Assembly: GCA_050010535.1 (NCBI GenBank)
Contig: JBEKKT010000007.1
Location: forward strand, 6,052-70,051
DNA length: 64,000 nucleotides
Source of the DNA: Methanomassiliicoccales archaeon
GTDB taxonomy: Archaea; Thermoplasmatota; Thermoplasmata; Methanomassiliicoccales; JACIVX01
Direction of reading: 5' to 3'
The notes below the pieces were generated by a model that saw only the letters and a program-made list of their open reading frames with translations, had not been told where the DNA came from and did no database searches. A program made the translations under genes and the position numbers. This document shows, in pieces, positions 36,198-44,379 of the stretch (position 1 is its first letter; every line of letters begins with the position of its first letter).

Positions 36198-37814
36198 ATG
36201 GCTAGAATCGTTCTTACTTGCGACGAAACTCTCACGAGTACCTACAGGAACATTCCACTCCTGGACCTACTAGGCTGTGCGCCGGTGGAACGAGTGCCAG
36301 GGTTCGTCTATCGCTTGCTCGACACTCAACTTCCTGAATCTGGAGGAGTTCTACAGGTGGCCCCGTATTCTCTCAGGAAGCTTGAGGCGGCTGTCGTTCA
36401 GGGAGGTTACCGGGACGTGGTCGTGGCCCACCCGCGGTACGTTGAGACGTTGATTGATGATGGAACCACGGTCGTCGGCGTGTCGACGATGGACCCACTG
36501 GGCCTTAGTCCTGTGTCAATGATGTTTACAAGCGGGGGGCGCTACACCACATATACGACGAAGAGGTTCTTTGAGATGCTGCAGAAGCTGGGCGACATCA
36601 AGAAGAAGAGGAATATGACTTTCAAAGTTGTCGTGGGGGGATCAGGTGCATGGCAGCTTGCTACCTCGGATGATGGGAAGAGACACGGGATCGACCACCT
36701 CATTATTGGAGAAGTGGATCACATGATCGGTCAGTTGTTGCAGATGATCGAGCGCGGGGACGCAGAGCAGCTAGTCAGAATCAAAGGATCCCCAAGTGCG
36801 GAAGAGATACCGGCGATCATTGCTCCCTCATACAAGGGATTGGTTGAGGTGAACAGGGGCTGCGGGAGAAACTGCAGTTACTGCAATCCCACCTTGAAGC
36901 GAATACGTTGCGCTCCGATCGACGTGTTGTTCAGGGAGATTAATGTCAACGTCTCGGCGGGTATGACAACCGCCTGGCTGCACAGTGATGACATATTCAT
37001 GTACAAGTTGGAAGATCACAGAGACTTCTACCCGAACTCGGAGAAGATCATAGAACTATTTCGCAGCGTGATGGCCCGCCCGGGGGTGAAGTTCGCTAAT
37101 CCTTCGCATGGAAGTCTGGCACCAGTTGCGGCCGATCCGGAAATGATCCAGAGCATATCCGAGGCCGTTGGTGCTGGCCCGACGAAGTGGGTCGGGATAC
37201 AGATGGGTCTTGAGACGGCGTCCGCGGATTTGATGCGGAGCCAAATGGAGAATAAGGTGAAGCCATTCAGTCCAGAGGAGTGGCCAGAGGTCGTGATAAG
37301 GGCGACGTACGTACTCAACTACAACTACTGGTTCCCCGCCTACACGGTGATACTGGGACTCCCTGGCGAGACGAGCGAGGATGCTCTTGACACCGCGAGA
37401 CTCATCTTGACGATGGAGCGGAAGTTGAAGGAGAAGCTCGGGGGGAAAGCGCACTTCACTGTCACGCCCCTTGCGTTCATTCCTGCAGGGTCCCTGAGAG
37501 AAGGTAGTCCCTTCGATATGAAGGAGCAAATGACTGAGGAGAGATACCTTCTGCTTTACCTGTCCTGGAAGCATATGGCCAAGGAGATATCGGAATTCAT
37601 TCCAAGAAGGTCGTCAAACAGCGATGTTGGCCTCGCGGCGTTCTATCCATTTGCAAAAATTGGAACGTGGGCTATATTGAACTTCATGAGGCAATGGGGC
37701 ATCCGCATGGGATACGACCCGGACAGGAGACTGGACTCGTTAGATATGGACCTCAGATTCCCGACCATAACCCAAAAGGGGCGCAAGATTCCTGCTATTG
37801 AACCCGAAATTTGA
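36198..37814 (+). CDS. Radical SAM enzyme with N-terminal B12-binding-like/Rossmann-like domain, function unknown
   Basis: 538 aa. CGRNCSYC (CxxxCxxC) cluster motif, GIQMGLETAS, ILGLPGETSED. Confidence 0.8.
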   Translation: MARIVLTCDETLTSTYRNIPLLDLLGCAPVERVPGFVYRLLDTQLPESGGVLQVAPYSLRKLEAAVVQGGYRDVVVAHPRYVETLIDDGTTVVGVSTMDPLGLSPVSMMFTSGGRYTTYTTKRFFEMLQKLGDIKKKRNMTFKVVVGGSGAWQLATSDDGKRHGIDHLIIGEVDHMIGQLLQMIERGDAEQLVRIKGSPSAEEIPAIIAPSYKGLVEVNRGCGRNCSYCNPTLKRIRCAPIDVLFREINVNVSAGMTTAWLHSDDIFMYKLEDHRDFYPNSEKIIELFRSVMARPGVKFANPSHGSLAPVAADPEMIQSISEAVGAGPTKWVGIQMGLETASADLMRSQMENKVKPFSPEEWPEVVIRATYVLNYNYWFPAYTVILGLPGETSEDALDTARLILTMERKLKEKLGGKAHFTVTPLAFIPAGSLREGSPFDMKEQMTEERYLLLYLSWKHMAKEISEFIPRRSSNSDVGLAAFYPFAKIGTWAILNFMRQWGIRMGYDPDRRLDSLDMDLRFPTITQKGRKIPAIEPEI

Positions 37815-38008
37815 ACCAGTGAGGAACAGGCGGCGTCTATCGTTTGGATGATCATAGGTGCCGCTCCATTTCTTGCGCCGATTGTTCTGCATGGACTCAT
37901 GCCGCCGCTGGTGTCAAGTGCCGGTGCAGCAAGTGAGTGCCATCTACGAGCCAGATCGATATCGGGATGTTGGGAACAATCAAATACTCTCAACCGGATT
38001 TGTTTGCG

Positions 38009-38797
38009 ATGCCTCCCGTTCTCGAGCCTTTGACCTATGAGGAAGTCACCGAGGTTTATCGAAAGGAGCAGAAAACGAAGAACGTGACGGAAATCCGCAA
38101 AGACTTCTATCCTGCTCTGAGGGATCTTCTTGACCGGCTCAGAACAGAGAACGAGAGAGAGATGTCCGCGGACAAGTACTCCGCGAAATCGAACCTGCTT
38201 AGCAATCAGATGAAGAAGATATCGGATAAAGCGATTCAGATCTTTGACTTCAGGGCGGAGAAGATAATGCTCTCCGCACTGCGGGCGGCCGGCGGGGCGA
38301 AGGTCGAGGTTGACAGGCTGACCGAGGAGGAGAAGATGCTGTTCGACAGCGTGATGTCGTCGGTCCAGGAGAGGCGCGCCCTCGTGCTCGAGTTCGAGAA
38401 GAAATCGAAAGAGGACGTCTCGCAGAGGCCTCAACAGGCTGAGAAACCATCGGTTACTGTCACGTCGGGACTGCCGGCTCCGAAGCAGGAGACAGTTGAA
38501 GAGGATATTGGATTGGGTGAGGAGGTCGTCGTAGCGCTGCAGGATAAGGAGGCTCTTGAAGAGATCGACGAAGGAGTCGAGGAAGAGCCGTCGCCAGCTC
38601 CTGCTAGGAAGGACAGCCAGAAGCCAGTCGAGGAGTATCTCGTGCTGAGGATACTCGAGGACATACCGCCTTTCGCGGGCCCTGGCAGGGATTACCGACT
38701 CTCGAAGGAGGACGTCGTCACGTTGCCAATAGCGATAGCGAGGGCATTGATCGGCAAGGGAAAGGCAGTTGAGCTCAGGCCAATGAGATTCTTCTAG
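38009..38797 (+). CDS. GINS complex subunit Gins51-like (A domain, long acidic linker, B domain)
   Basis: N-terminal LTYEEVTEVYRKEQ...RKDFYPALRDLL...RAEKIMLSAL pattern. C-terminal LVLRILEDIPPFAGPGRDYRLSKEDVVTLPIAIARALIGKGKA resembles the GINS B domain. The ORF-track start 37937 is possible. Confidence 0.55.
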   Translation: MPPVLEPLTYEEVTEVYRKEQKTKNVTEIRKDFYPALRDLLDRLRTENEREMSADKYSAKSNLLSNQMKKISDKAIQIFDFRAEKIMLSALRAAGGAKVEVDRLTEEEKMLFDSVMSSVQERRALVLEFEKKSKEDVSQRPQQAEKPSVTVTSGLPAPKQETVEEDIGLGEEVVVALQDKEALEEIDEGVEEEPSPAPARKDSQKPVEEYLVLRILEDIPPFAGPGRDYRLSKEDVVTLPIAIARALIGKGKAVELRPMRFF

Positions 38798-39633
38798 CGA
38801 ACCGAGATGCTTCTGGTGTCCCCCAGCCATGTGAGACAGTCGATTTCGTCCTTGCGGCATCCGCCAGCTTTCAAAACAGTTTCGCAGGCGAGCTCCGGTC
38901 GGTTGTTCTCCCTGCTCAGATGGGCGAGGAATACCTTCCTGTCGGGGTCGTGGGTCGCCTTCAACGCCTTCGCGCAGTCGGCATTCGAGAGGTGTCCTCT
39001 CCTCCCCCTGATTGCCTTCTTTAGGAATTCGGGATATGGTCCGCTGAGTAGCATCCTCAGGTCGTGGTTCGCCTCAAGCACCGCGAGGTCGGAACCGGCG
39101 AGAGCGGCAAGAATCGGCTCCGTGACGATGCCAAGATCCGTTGCAAAAAGGCACCGCTTCTCGCATGTGGAAATTAGGAATGCATTAGGTTGTGCAGCGT
39201 CGTGCGAGGTCGGCAATGGCATGATTCCGAGATCTCCTATCTTGAAAGCGCGAGAAGTCTCGAAGACAATCGGATTCTGAAGGGGACCGATTTCTGATCG
39301 GACAAGGGTCGCGTTGTTGCCTGCGACGGGCACTTGGTGCCTTCTAGAGAATATGCCAGCCCCGATCGAATGATCGCGATGTTCATGAGTGAGCAGTATT
39401 GCGGCGAGCTTCGACGGTTCAACGCCGACTTCGTCCAACTTCCTCTCGATCTGACTTCCGCTCAGCCCCGCGTCGATCATTATGTTCGTTTCACTACTCT
39501 GAATGACGGCGCAGTTGCCATCGCTTCCGCTTGCGAGGATGTGGACCTCTAGACTCTTCCTCCCCATGAGCGCATCCCACAAAGTGAACGGAGTCGCAAG
39601 AGAAAAACCTAGCGATGAATCAGATCGGATCAT
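38794..39633 (-). CDS. MBL-fold metallo-hydrolase
   Basis: LLTHEHRDHSIG (HxHxDH motif), with downstream His/Asp ligands. Confidence 0.8.
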   Translation of the reverse strand: MIRSDSSLGFSLATPFTLWDALMGRKSLEVHILASGSDGNCAVIQSSETNIMIDAGLSGSQIERKLDEVGVEPSKLAAILLTHEHRDHSIGAGIFSRRHQVPVAGNNATLVRSEIGPLQNPIVFETSRAFKIGDLGIMPLPTSHDAAQPNAFLISTCEKRCLFATDLGIVTEPILAALAGSDLAVLEANHDLRMLLSGPYPEFLKKAIRGRRGHLSNADCAKALKATHDPDRKVFLAHLSRENNRPELACETVLKAGGCRKDEIDCLTWLGDTRSISVR

Positions 39634-39658
39634 ACGCTCGATGAGTATAGGACGGGGT

Positions 39659-40150
39659 TCAAACCTTTGAGAACTTATCTCTATAGAGCGCCCAGATTAT
39701 GTCCCCTTTCGTGACAATGCCGACGATCTTGTCGTGCTCGATGACTGGGACTCTGTTTACATCCTTCTTGATCATAGTGTCGATAGCCTCCATGACGCTT
39801 GTGTCCGGCGACACGATGAGGACGTCCTTCGTCATGATATCCTTGACCTTCTTGTCAGATATATCCCTATAGACACTAGCGAGCTTCTCGTCCTTGAGGA
39901 TGTCCTCGAAGGGGACGCTTAGGAACGAGGTAGCTGGCTCCTTTCGGCGGATTTCCTCCTGCAGCGTTTTGACGAAGCTCAGAATGTCGGTCTCGCTCAA
40001 GACTCCTTCAAGATTCCCACGGTCGTCTACGACTGGGGCCCCCGAGATGCCATTTACCGCGAAAGTGATGGTGGCGTCGTGCAGCGTCGAAGAATCCTCT
40101 ACCGTGACAACTGTTGTCGTCATAACGTCCCGGACTCGGAGGTCGGCCAT
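39659..40150 (-). CDS. CBS-domain pair protein
   Basis: Two CBS repeats (VRDVMTTTVVTV..., VKDIMTKDVLIV...). ATG 40150 fits the family N-terminus, and the ORF track extends to 40210. Confidence 0.85.
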   Translation of the reverse strand: MADLRVRDVMTTTVVTVEDSSTLHDATITFAVNGISGAPVVDDRGNLEGVLSETDILSFVKTLQEEIRRKEPATSFLSVPFEDILKDEKLASVYRDISDKKVKDIMTKDVLIVSPDTSVMEAIDTMIKKDVNRVPVIEHDKIVGIVTKGDIIWALYRDKFSKV

Positions 40151-40318
40151 GTGATTCCGATTGAGCGGAACGATATAAATGCTTTTCCCGGTATCCCTGT
40201 CGCACTTCAATTGAAGAGTCCATTCAACTGACGAGATGCGGGAACTTACTCAATTGCTTCCCCTTGAAGTGGGATTTGCCAGATGCATCAGAATAGGGCC
40301 GAGATCGACTTCGATATC

Positions 40319-40328
40319 TTTATTTACA
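40319..40328 (+). promoter_or_regulatory. TATA-box-like element of tRNA-Lys
   Basis: TTTATTTACA is centred about 28 nt upstream of tRNA position 1. Confidence 0.4.
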
Positions 40329-40350
40329 ATGACCCTATATGCCCCGCTCA

Positions 40351-40447
40351 GGGCCCGTAGCTCAGCTAGGTAGAGCAATCGGCTCTTAACCGATGGGTCG
40401 AGGGTTCGAAAGGTTCTCCACAGAATCCGAACATCCCTCCGGGCCCG
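40351..40447 (+). tRNA. tRNA-Lys (anticodon CUU) with an intron in the T-loop
   Basis: Hand-folded. Acceptor GGGCCCG/CGGGCCC, D stem GCTC/GAGC, anticodon stem ATCGG/CCGAT with loop CTCTTAA, variable GGGTC, T stem GAGGG (40400-40404)/CCCTC (40435-40439). 30 nt lie between the T-stem halves. No CCA is encoded. Confidence 0.85.
40411..40433 (+). other. tRNA intron (23 nt) at position 59/60, in a bulge-helix-bulge motif
   Basis: 4-bp helix TTCG (40405-40408)/CGAA (40428-40431), flanked by 3-nt bulges AAA (40409-40411) and CAT (40432-40434). Inner helix GGTTC/GAATC. Excision leaves the T-loop TTCGAAT. Confidence 0.7.
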
Positions 40448-40468
40448 CTCTCCCTTGGGGGGCTGCCT

Positions 40469-41233
40469 TTGAGGAACATCTACTTCATCGGGACGGCGGG
40501 AAGCGGTAAGAGTTCTCTTGTCCATGCATTCCGAGAGTGGATGGCGATTAACGGTCTCGACAGCGTGACGCTTAACCTTGACCCGGGAGCGGAGGCGATT
40601 CCTTATATCCCGGACATCGACATCCGAGACTGGGTCCGTCTGGACGACGTCATGAGCGAATACGCCTTGGGACCGAACGGAGCTCAGATCGTTTGCTCCG
40701 ACATGATAGCCCTGAACACCAAAGAGGTCGTCTCGACGGTTGACACGTTCAAATCGAACTACTTGCTCATCGACACTCCTGGTCAGATGGAACTGTTCGC
40801 GTTCCGGCAGTCGAGCTCGGTCGTCGTCGAGGCGCTAGGAAGGGAGGATTCGTTCCTCGTCTTCTTATCTGACCCGCAACTTTCCAAGACGCCCTCCGGA
40901 TTCGTGTCGAACCTGATGCTTTGCGCCGTGACCCACTTTCGGTTCATGATCCCCTTCTTGAACGTCTTGTCCAAGGCGGACATGCTGGACGAGGAGGAAA
41001 CAGAGAAGGTCCTTGGCTGGTCGAGGGACCCCTACAGTCTCTATGATTCACTGGGTCAGGAGCAGGGCACACCCCAAACCATCCTCAGCATTGAGCTGTT
41101 CAAGGCGATGGAGAACATCGGGATGTACAGGGAGCTTGTGCCGGTGTCATCCGAGACTCCATCTGGAATGGAGGATATCTACAATACGATACAGCAGGTG
41201 TTCGAGGGCGGAGAGGATCTCAGTCCGGACTGA
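40469..41233 (+). CDS. GPN-loop GTPase
   Basis: GTAGSGKSS P-loop, LGPNGAQIV GPN motif, IDTPGQMELF. TTG start 22 nt after the tRNA. Confidence 0.85.
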   Translation: MRNIYFIGTAGSGKSSLVHAFREWMAINGLDSVTLNLDPGAEAIPYIPDIDIRDWVRLDDVMSEYALGPNGAQIVCSDMIALNTKEVVSTVDTFKSNYLLIDTPGQMELFAFRQSSSVVVEALGREDSFLVFLSDPQLSKTPSGFVSNLMLCAVTHFRFMIPFLNVLSKADMLDEEETEKVLGWSRDPYSLYDSLGQEQGTPQTILSIELFKAMENIGMYRELVPVSSETPSGMEDIYNTIQQVFEGGEDLSPD

Positions 41234-41575
41234 TCATCCTTCTTTCAGGCTGTGCCAATCCATAAAGTAGTCTTCGCACTCGCCCGTTATCATCTCGAAC
41301 CTCGTCTTGATAGTCCCGTTCTCGAGAAAGATAAACGCCCTTCTTAACATTGACTCGTAGGCTGCGATGTGCTTCCCCTCGAAAGTGGGTCTTATCTCGA
41401 CGCACTTGATCAATCCGCACTCCTCCAGCGTTCTGATGCGTCTGTAGCACGCTGCTATCGGGATGTTCATCTCTCTGCTGAGTTCGACTGCGGTCTTGGG
41501 ATTGTCGAGGGTCGCCATTAGAATCTTCGCTGAGTATTCGTCCGTTATTACCCTGGAAGCCTCGAGTGCTTTCAT
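41234..41575 (-). CDS. Winged-helix transcriptional regulator (ArsR/TrmB-like)
   Basis: 113 aa. KILMATLDNPKTAVELSREMNIPIAACYRRIRTLEECGLI HTH. Confidence 0.7.
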   Translation of the reverse strand: MKALEASRVITDEYSAKILMATLDNPKTAVELSREMNIPIAACYRRIRTLEECGLIKCVEIRPTFEGKHIAAYESMLRRAFIFLENGTIKTRFEMITGECEDYFMDWHSLKEG

Positions 41576-41696
41576 TATGGTTTCCGATTCTGGTGGAGAT
41601 ATATAACAGATGTCTCTTGAGTTCTAGAACTGATTATATCAACAGATAAAGGGTATTATGCTTCGAAATGGCTATTGACTGCTCGTGGGACGCAAG

Positions 41697-41861
41697 GTGT
41701 TGGTCTGCCCGGAGTGCGGTTCACCCGACCTCTACTACGAGGCTGGCCTTTTGACTGGCTACAAGTACCACTGCAAGCGCTGCGACTACATCGGAGCTTT
41801 CGTCATAGAAAAGGACATGGATGAAATTGAGGAGGAGCGCTCAGGCGAACATGACGCCTGA
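41697..41861 (+). CDS. Zinc-ribbon mini-protein (54 aa; 58 aa if GTG 41685), below the ORF-track cutoff
   Basis: (M)LVCPECGSPDLYYEAGLLTGYKYHCKRCDYIGAFVIEKDMDEIEEERSGEHDA with CPEC and CKRC knuckles. A TATA-like GATTATATC at 41632-41640 lies upstream. The 3' end overlaps the convergent pan gene by 21 nt. Confidence 0.45.
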   Translation: MLVCPECGSPDLYYEAGLLTGYKYHCKRCDYIGAFVIEKDMDEIEEERSGEHDA

Positions 41862-43058
41862 CTCGACGACCTTCGTCTCCTCGGTCTCCAGCACCTTCAC
41901 TACCGCCCTCTCGAAGTCGATCATGCAGACAGTGTCGCGGTTGTCCCTTATAGCGAACATCCCCGCCTCGGTGCATATCGCCTTGATATCCGCGCCCGTG
42001 GAATCTTCGCACTTTGCTGCAAGCTCTGTCAGGTTGACAGTACCATCCACATTCATTCTCTTCGCATGGATTTTGAATATCTCGAACCTCGCTTCGTAAT
42101 TCGGCAACGGGATCGTGATGATCCTGTCGAATCTCCCCGGCCTCAGGAGCGCCTCGTCGAGTATGTCCGGCCTGTTCGTTGCCGCCACGATCTTAACATC
42201 GCCGATCGGGTTGAACCCGTCCATCTCAGAAAGCAGTTGCATCAGGGTTCTCTGGACCTCTCTGTCCCCGGATGTCGCCACCTCCAGCCTCTTGGCTCCG
42301 ATCGAATCCAGTTCGTCTATGAACACGATGCTCGGCGCCTTCTCCCTGGCAAGCTCGAACAGCTCCCGTACCAGCCTTGCGCCTTCTCCGATGTACTTCT
42401 GAACGAGCTCGGACCCGACGAACCTGATGAATGCCGCACTCGTCTGATGGGCGACGGCCTTGGCAAGTAGGGTCTTCCCAGTTCCTGGAGGACCGACTAA
42501 CAGTACCCCCTTCGGGGGCTCGATCCCGACCTTCTTGTAAAGGTCCGGTCTCAGCAATGGGTCCTCTACGGCCTCCCTGACCTCTCTTATCTGCTCATCC
42601 AACCCGCCTATCTCTCCGTAGCCGACCGCTGGCTTTTCGATGATCTCAGCGCCGATAACGATCGGGTCCAGCGACGGCGGAAGGACCCCCATGACAGCGA
42701 GGGTCTGCTTGTTCAGTGCCACGCGCGCGCCGACGACAAGGTCCTCCGGGGGCACGTATTCCGAAGTTCCCACGATGAAGTCCGGTCCAGTAGAGCTCTT
42801 GACGATGACCCTTCCATCTGCCAGCACGTCTTTGATGACGCCGATAATAAGAGGCGGAGACTTCAGCCGTTCCATTTCCGTTCTCATTCGTTTGAGTTCC
42901 TTCTGGAGACGGAAGAGCTCGCTTTCGATGTAGCGTTTCTCCCCCTCGACCCTCCGCGCCTCCTCTAACAGCTCATTGTTTCGGCGCTCCAGCACCTCGA
43001 TTTTCTCTTTCATCTCAGAGATGAACCCGTCCAGCTGTTGTTCCTTCAACAGGGTCAC
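41841..43058 (-). CDS. pan: Proteasome-activating nucleotidase (AAA+ ATPase)
   Basis: N-terminal coiled coil, OB domain, Walker A GPPGTGKT, Walker B IVFIDELD, SRH region. GTG start with GGAGGAT SD. Confidence 0.95.
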   Translation of the reverse strand: MTLLKEQQLDGFISEMKEKIEVLERRNNELLEEARRVEGEKRYIESELFRLQKELKRMRTEMERLKSPPLIIGVIKDVLADGRVIVKSSTGPDFIVGTSEYVPPEDLVVGARVALNKQTLAVMGVLPPSLDPIVIGAEIIEKPAVGYGEIGGLDEQIREVREAVEDPLLRPDLYKKVGIEPPKGVLLVGPPGTGKTLLAKAVAHQTSAAFIRFVGSELVQKYIGEGARLVRELFELAREKAPSIVFIDELDSIGAKRLEVATSGDREVQRTLMQLLSEMDGFNPIGDVKIVAATNRPDILDEALLRPGRFDRIITIPLPNYEARFEIFKIHAKRMNVDGTVNLTELAAKCEDSTGADIKAICTEAGMFAIRDNRDTVCMIDFERAVVKVLETEETKVVESGVMFA

Positions 43059-43215
43059 CTATCCTCCGCTAATATAAAGGCCAGGTCTATTTGACTCTTT
43101 CGCATTGAATAATCCTCTGGAAGAATCACTCTCGAGACTCTTTTCGAGATGTCGTCATCAATAGTGTCGTTCTGACGGACACTGGGTCAGCTCTGAGAAT
43201 CGGCATTCAGTCATG

Positions 43216-43222
43216 TTTAAAT
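43216..43222 (+). promoter_or_regulatory. TATA-box-like element of mbf1
   Basis: TTTAAAT about 37 nt upstream of ATG 43256. Confidence 0.35.
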
Positions 43223-43255
43223 CAACCCACCTGCATTCAAGAAGACTGATCTCAG

Positions 43256-43747
43256 ATGATCTGCGAGCTTTGTGGCAAGGAAACGGACCGCACGACGCCG
43301 ATTCTGATCGAGGGCACGACGCTCAGGGTATGCAAGGAGTGCATGAAGTTCGGGGACGTTTCGAAGACTGGCAAGAAAGAAGTCGCAACGAGATCTGCGA
43401 TTTTAGAACGTCTCGAACAGAGACAACGCAGGATGCGCCCAAAGAACGTCTACGTTGAAGAGGAGACATACGAGCTCGTGGCCGATTACCCCAAGCTCAT
43501 CAAGGATGCGAGAGCGGCGAGGGACTGGAAGCAAGAGACATTGGCTGCAAAGATAAATGAGAGAAAGAGCGTTATCAACAAACTCGAAAGGGGAGACATC
43601 CGGCCTGATGAAGTTCTCGTGAAGAAGATCGAGAGGGAGCTCGGAATAGTCCTAAAGGAGAAGGTCCCGGTTATCAAGCCAGAGTCGAAGGCGACGGATG
43701 GCAAGAAAATGACCCTAGGCGACCTGATCAAGATGAAGAAGGAATGA
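43256..43747 (+). CDS. mbf1: Multiprotein bridging factor 1 homolog (zinc ribbon plus HTH-XRE)
   Basis: CELCGKE...CKEC zinc ribbon, and an HTH segment DWKQETLAAKINERKSVINKLERGDIRP. Confidence 0.85.
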   Translation: MICELCGKETDRTTPILIEGTTLRVCKECMKFGDVSKTGKKEVATRSAILERLEQRQRRMRPKNVYVEEETYELVADYPKLIKDARAARDWKQETLAAKINERKSVINKLERGDIRPDEVLVKKIERELGIVLKEKVPVIKPESKATDGKKMTLGDLIKMKKE

Positions 43748-43749
43748 GG

Positions 43750-44226
43750 TCATCTACTCAGGACTTCGGTTCTGACGGCTTCCACGAGGTCGTCCGTTTC
43801 TGCCCCCACTTCTAGGGCCAGTGCCAGTGCGGCGACCTCAATGTCGACTTCAAGTAGTTCCTGTATTTTGTTGATCCGAGCGACGATTTCCCTCTTCTTC
43901 CACTTCGATGCCGCCGATATAACATCAAGAATTCTAGCAAAAAGAGAGATATCCTCCGGTTCGTCTTGGATGGCCCTCTGGGTAGGCCTGTACGTCGCGG
44001 GGATGTCCATCCTCTTGTGGTCGAAGTTAGGTTTCACCAGGCCATCGGTCTTGAGCAGGAGACCTCGTTTGATTCCCAGCTCAAGGAGCTTCTGGGCCTC
44101 TTTCGGCGTGAACCAGCGGAAGTCCATGGAGGCCGAGAAAACGAGTTCCTTCTCTGTGAGGACGTTCTTCCCCTTCTTTCTGAACAGCAGCGCAAGGCAG
44201 GTCTCCAGTTCTCCCATTCTATTCAT
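43750..44226 (-). CDS. Conserved archaeal hypothetical protein (DUF2240-like, from memory)
   Basis: 158 aa. FTPKEAQKLLELGIKRGLL...VKPNFD pattern. The family call is tentative. Confidence 0.4.
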   Translation of the reverse strand: MNRMGELETCLALLFRKKGKNVLTEKELVFSASMDFRWFTPKEAQKLLELGIKRGLLLKTDGLVKPNFDHKRMDIPATYRPTQRAIQDEPEDISLFARILDVISAASKWKKREIVARINKIQELLEVDIEVAALALALEVGAETDDLVEAVRTEVLSR

Positions 44227-44379
44227 CCCACTATCCCCGAAAATCGATTCAGCACGACTTTCGGAGACGACAGCTACGGAGATACGTTGGTGACATAAAA
44301 TTCCTTCTCATCCCAAAGACCCGCTCTGTGTCCTTGGGCCAAGCAACCCGGGGGGGAAAGGATGCAGAACGGTTTCGGA

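Noticed and set aside
37643-38860. 405-aa minus-strand ORF, the longest unexplained ORF in the track
   Set aside because: It is antisense to the radical SAM 3' end and the whole GINS-like gene. It has an extreme Leu/Arg bias and no motifs. The plus-strand genes have family-like patterns.
40250-40525. 91-aa minus-strand ORF
   Set aside because: It overlaps the tRNA-Lys gene and its promoter, so it is a shadow ORF.
41668-41754. ATG 41668 at the predicted TSS giving a 28-aa peptide MAIDCSWDARCWSARSAVHPTSTTRLAF
   Set aside because: The overlapping frame encodes a clean CPEC...CKRC zinc ribbon, which is far more protein-like. This alternative peptide has no recognisable features.
43071-43078. 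TTTATATT (minus strand) as the pan promoter
   Set aside because: It lies only 13-20 nt upstream of the SD-supported GTG 43058, too close for an archaeal TATA-to-TSS distance. The real promoter is probably further upstream.
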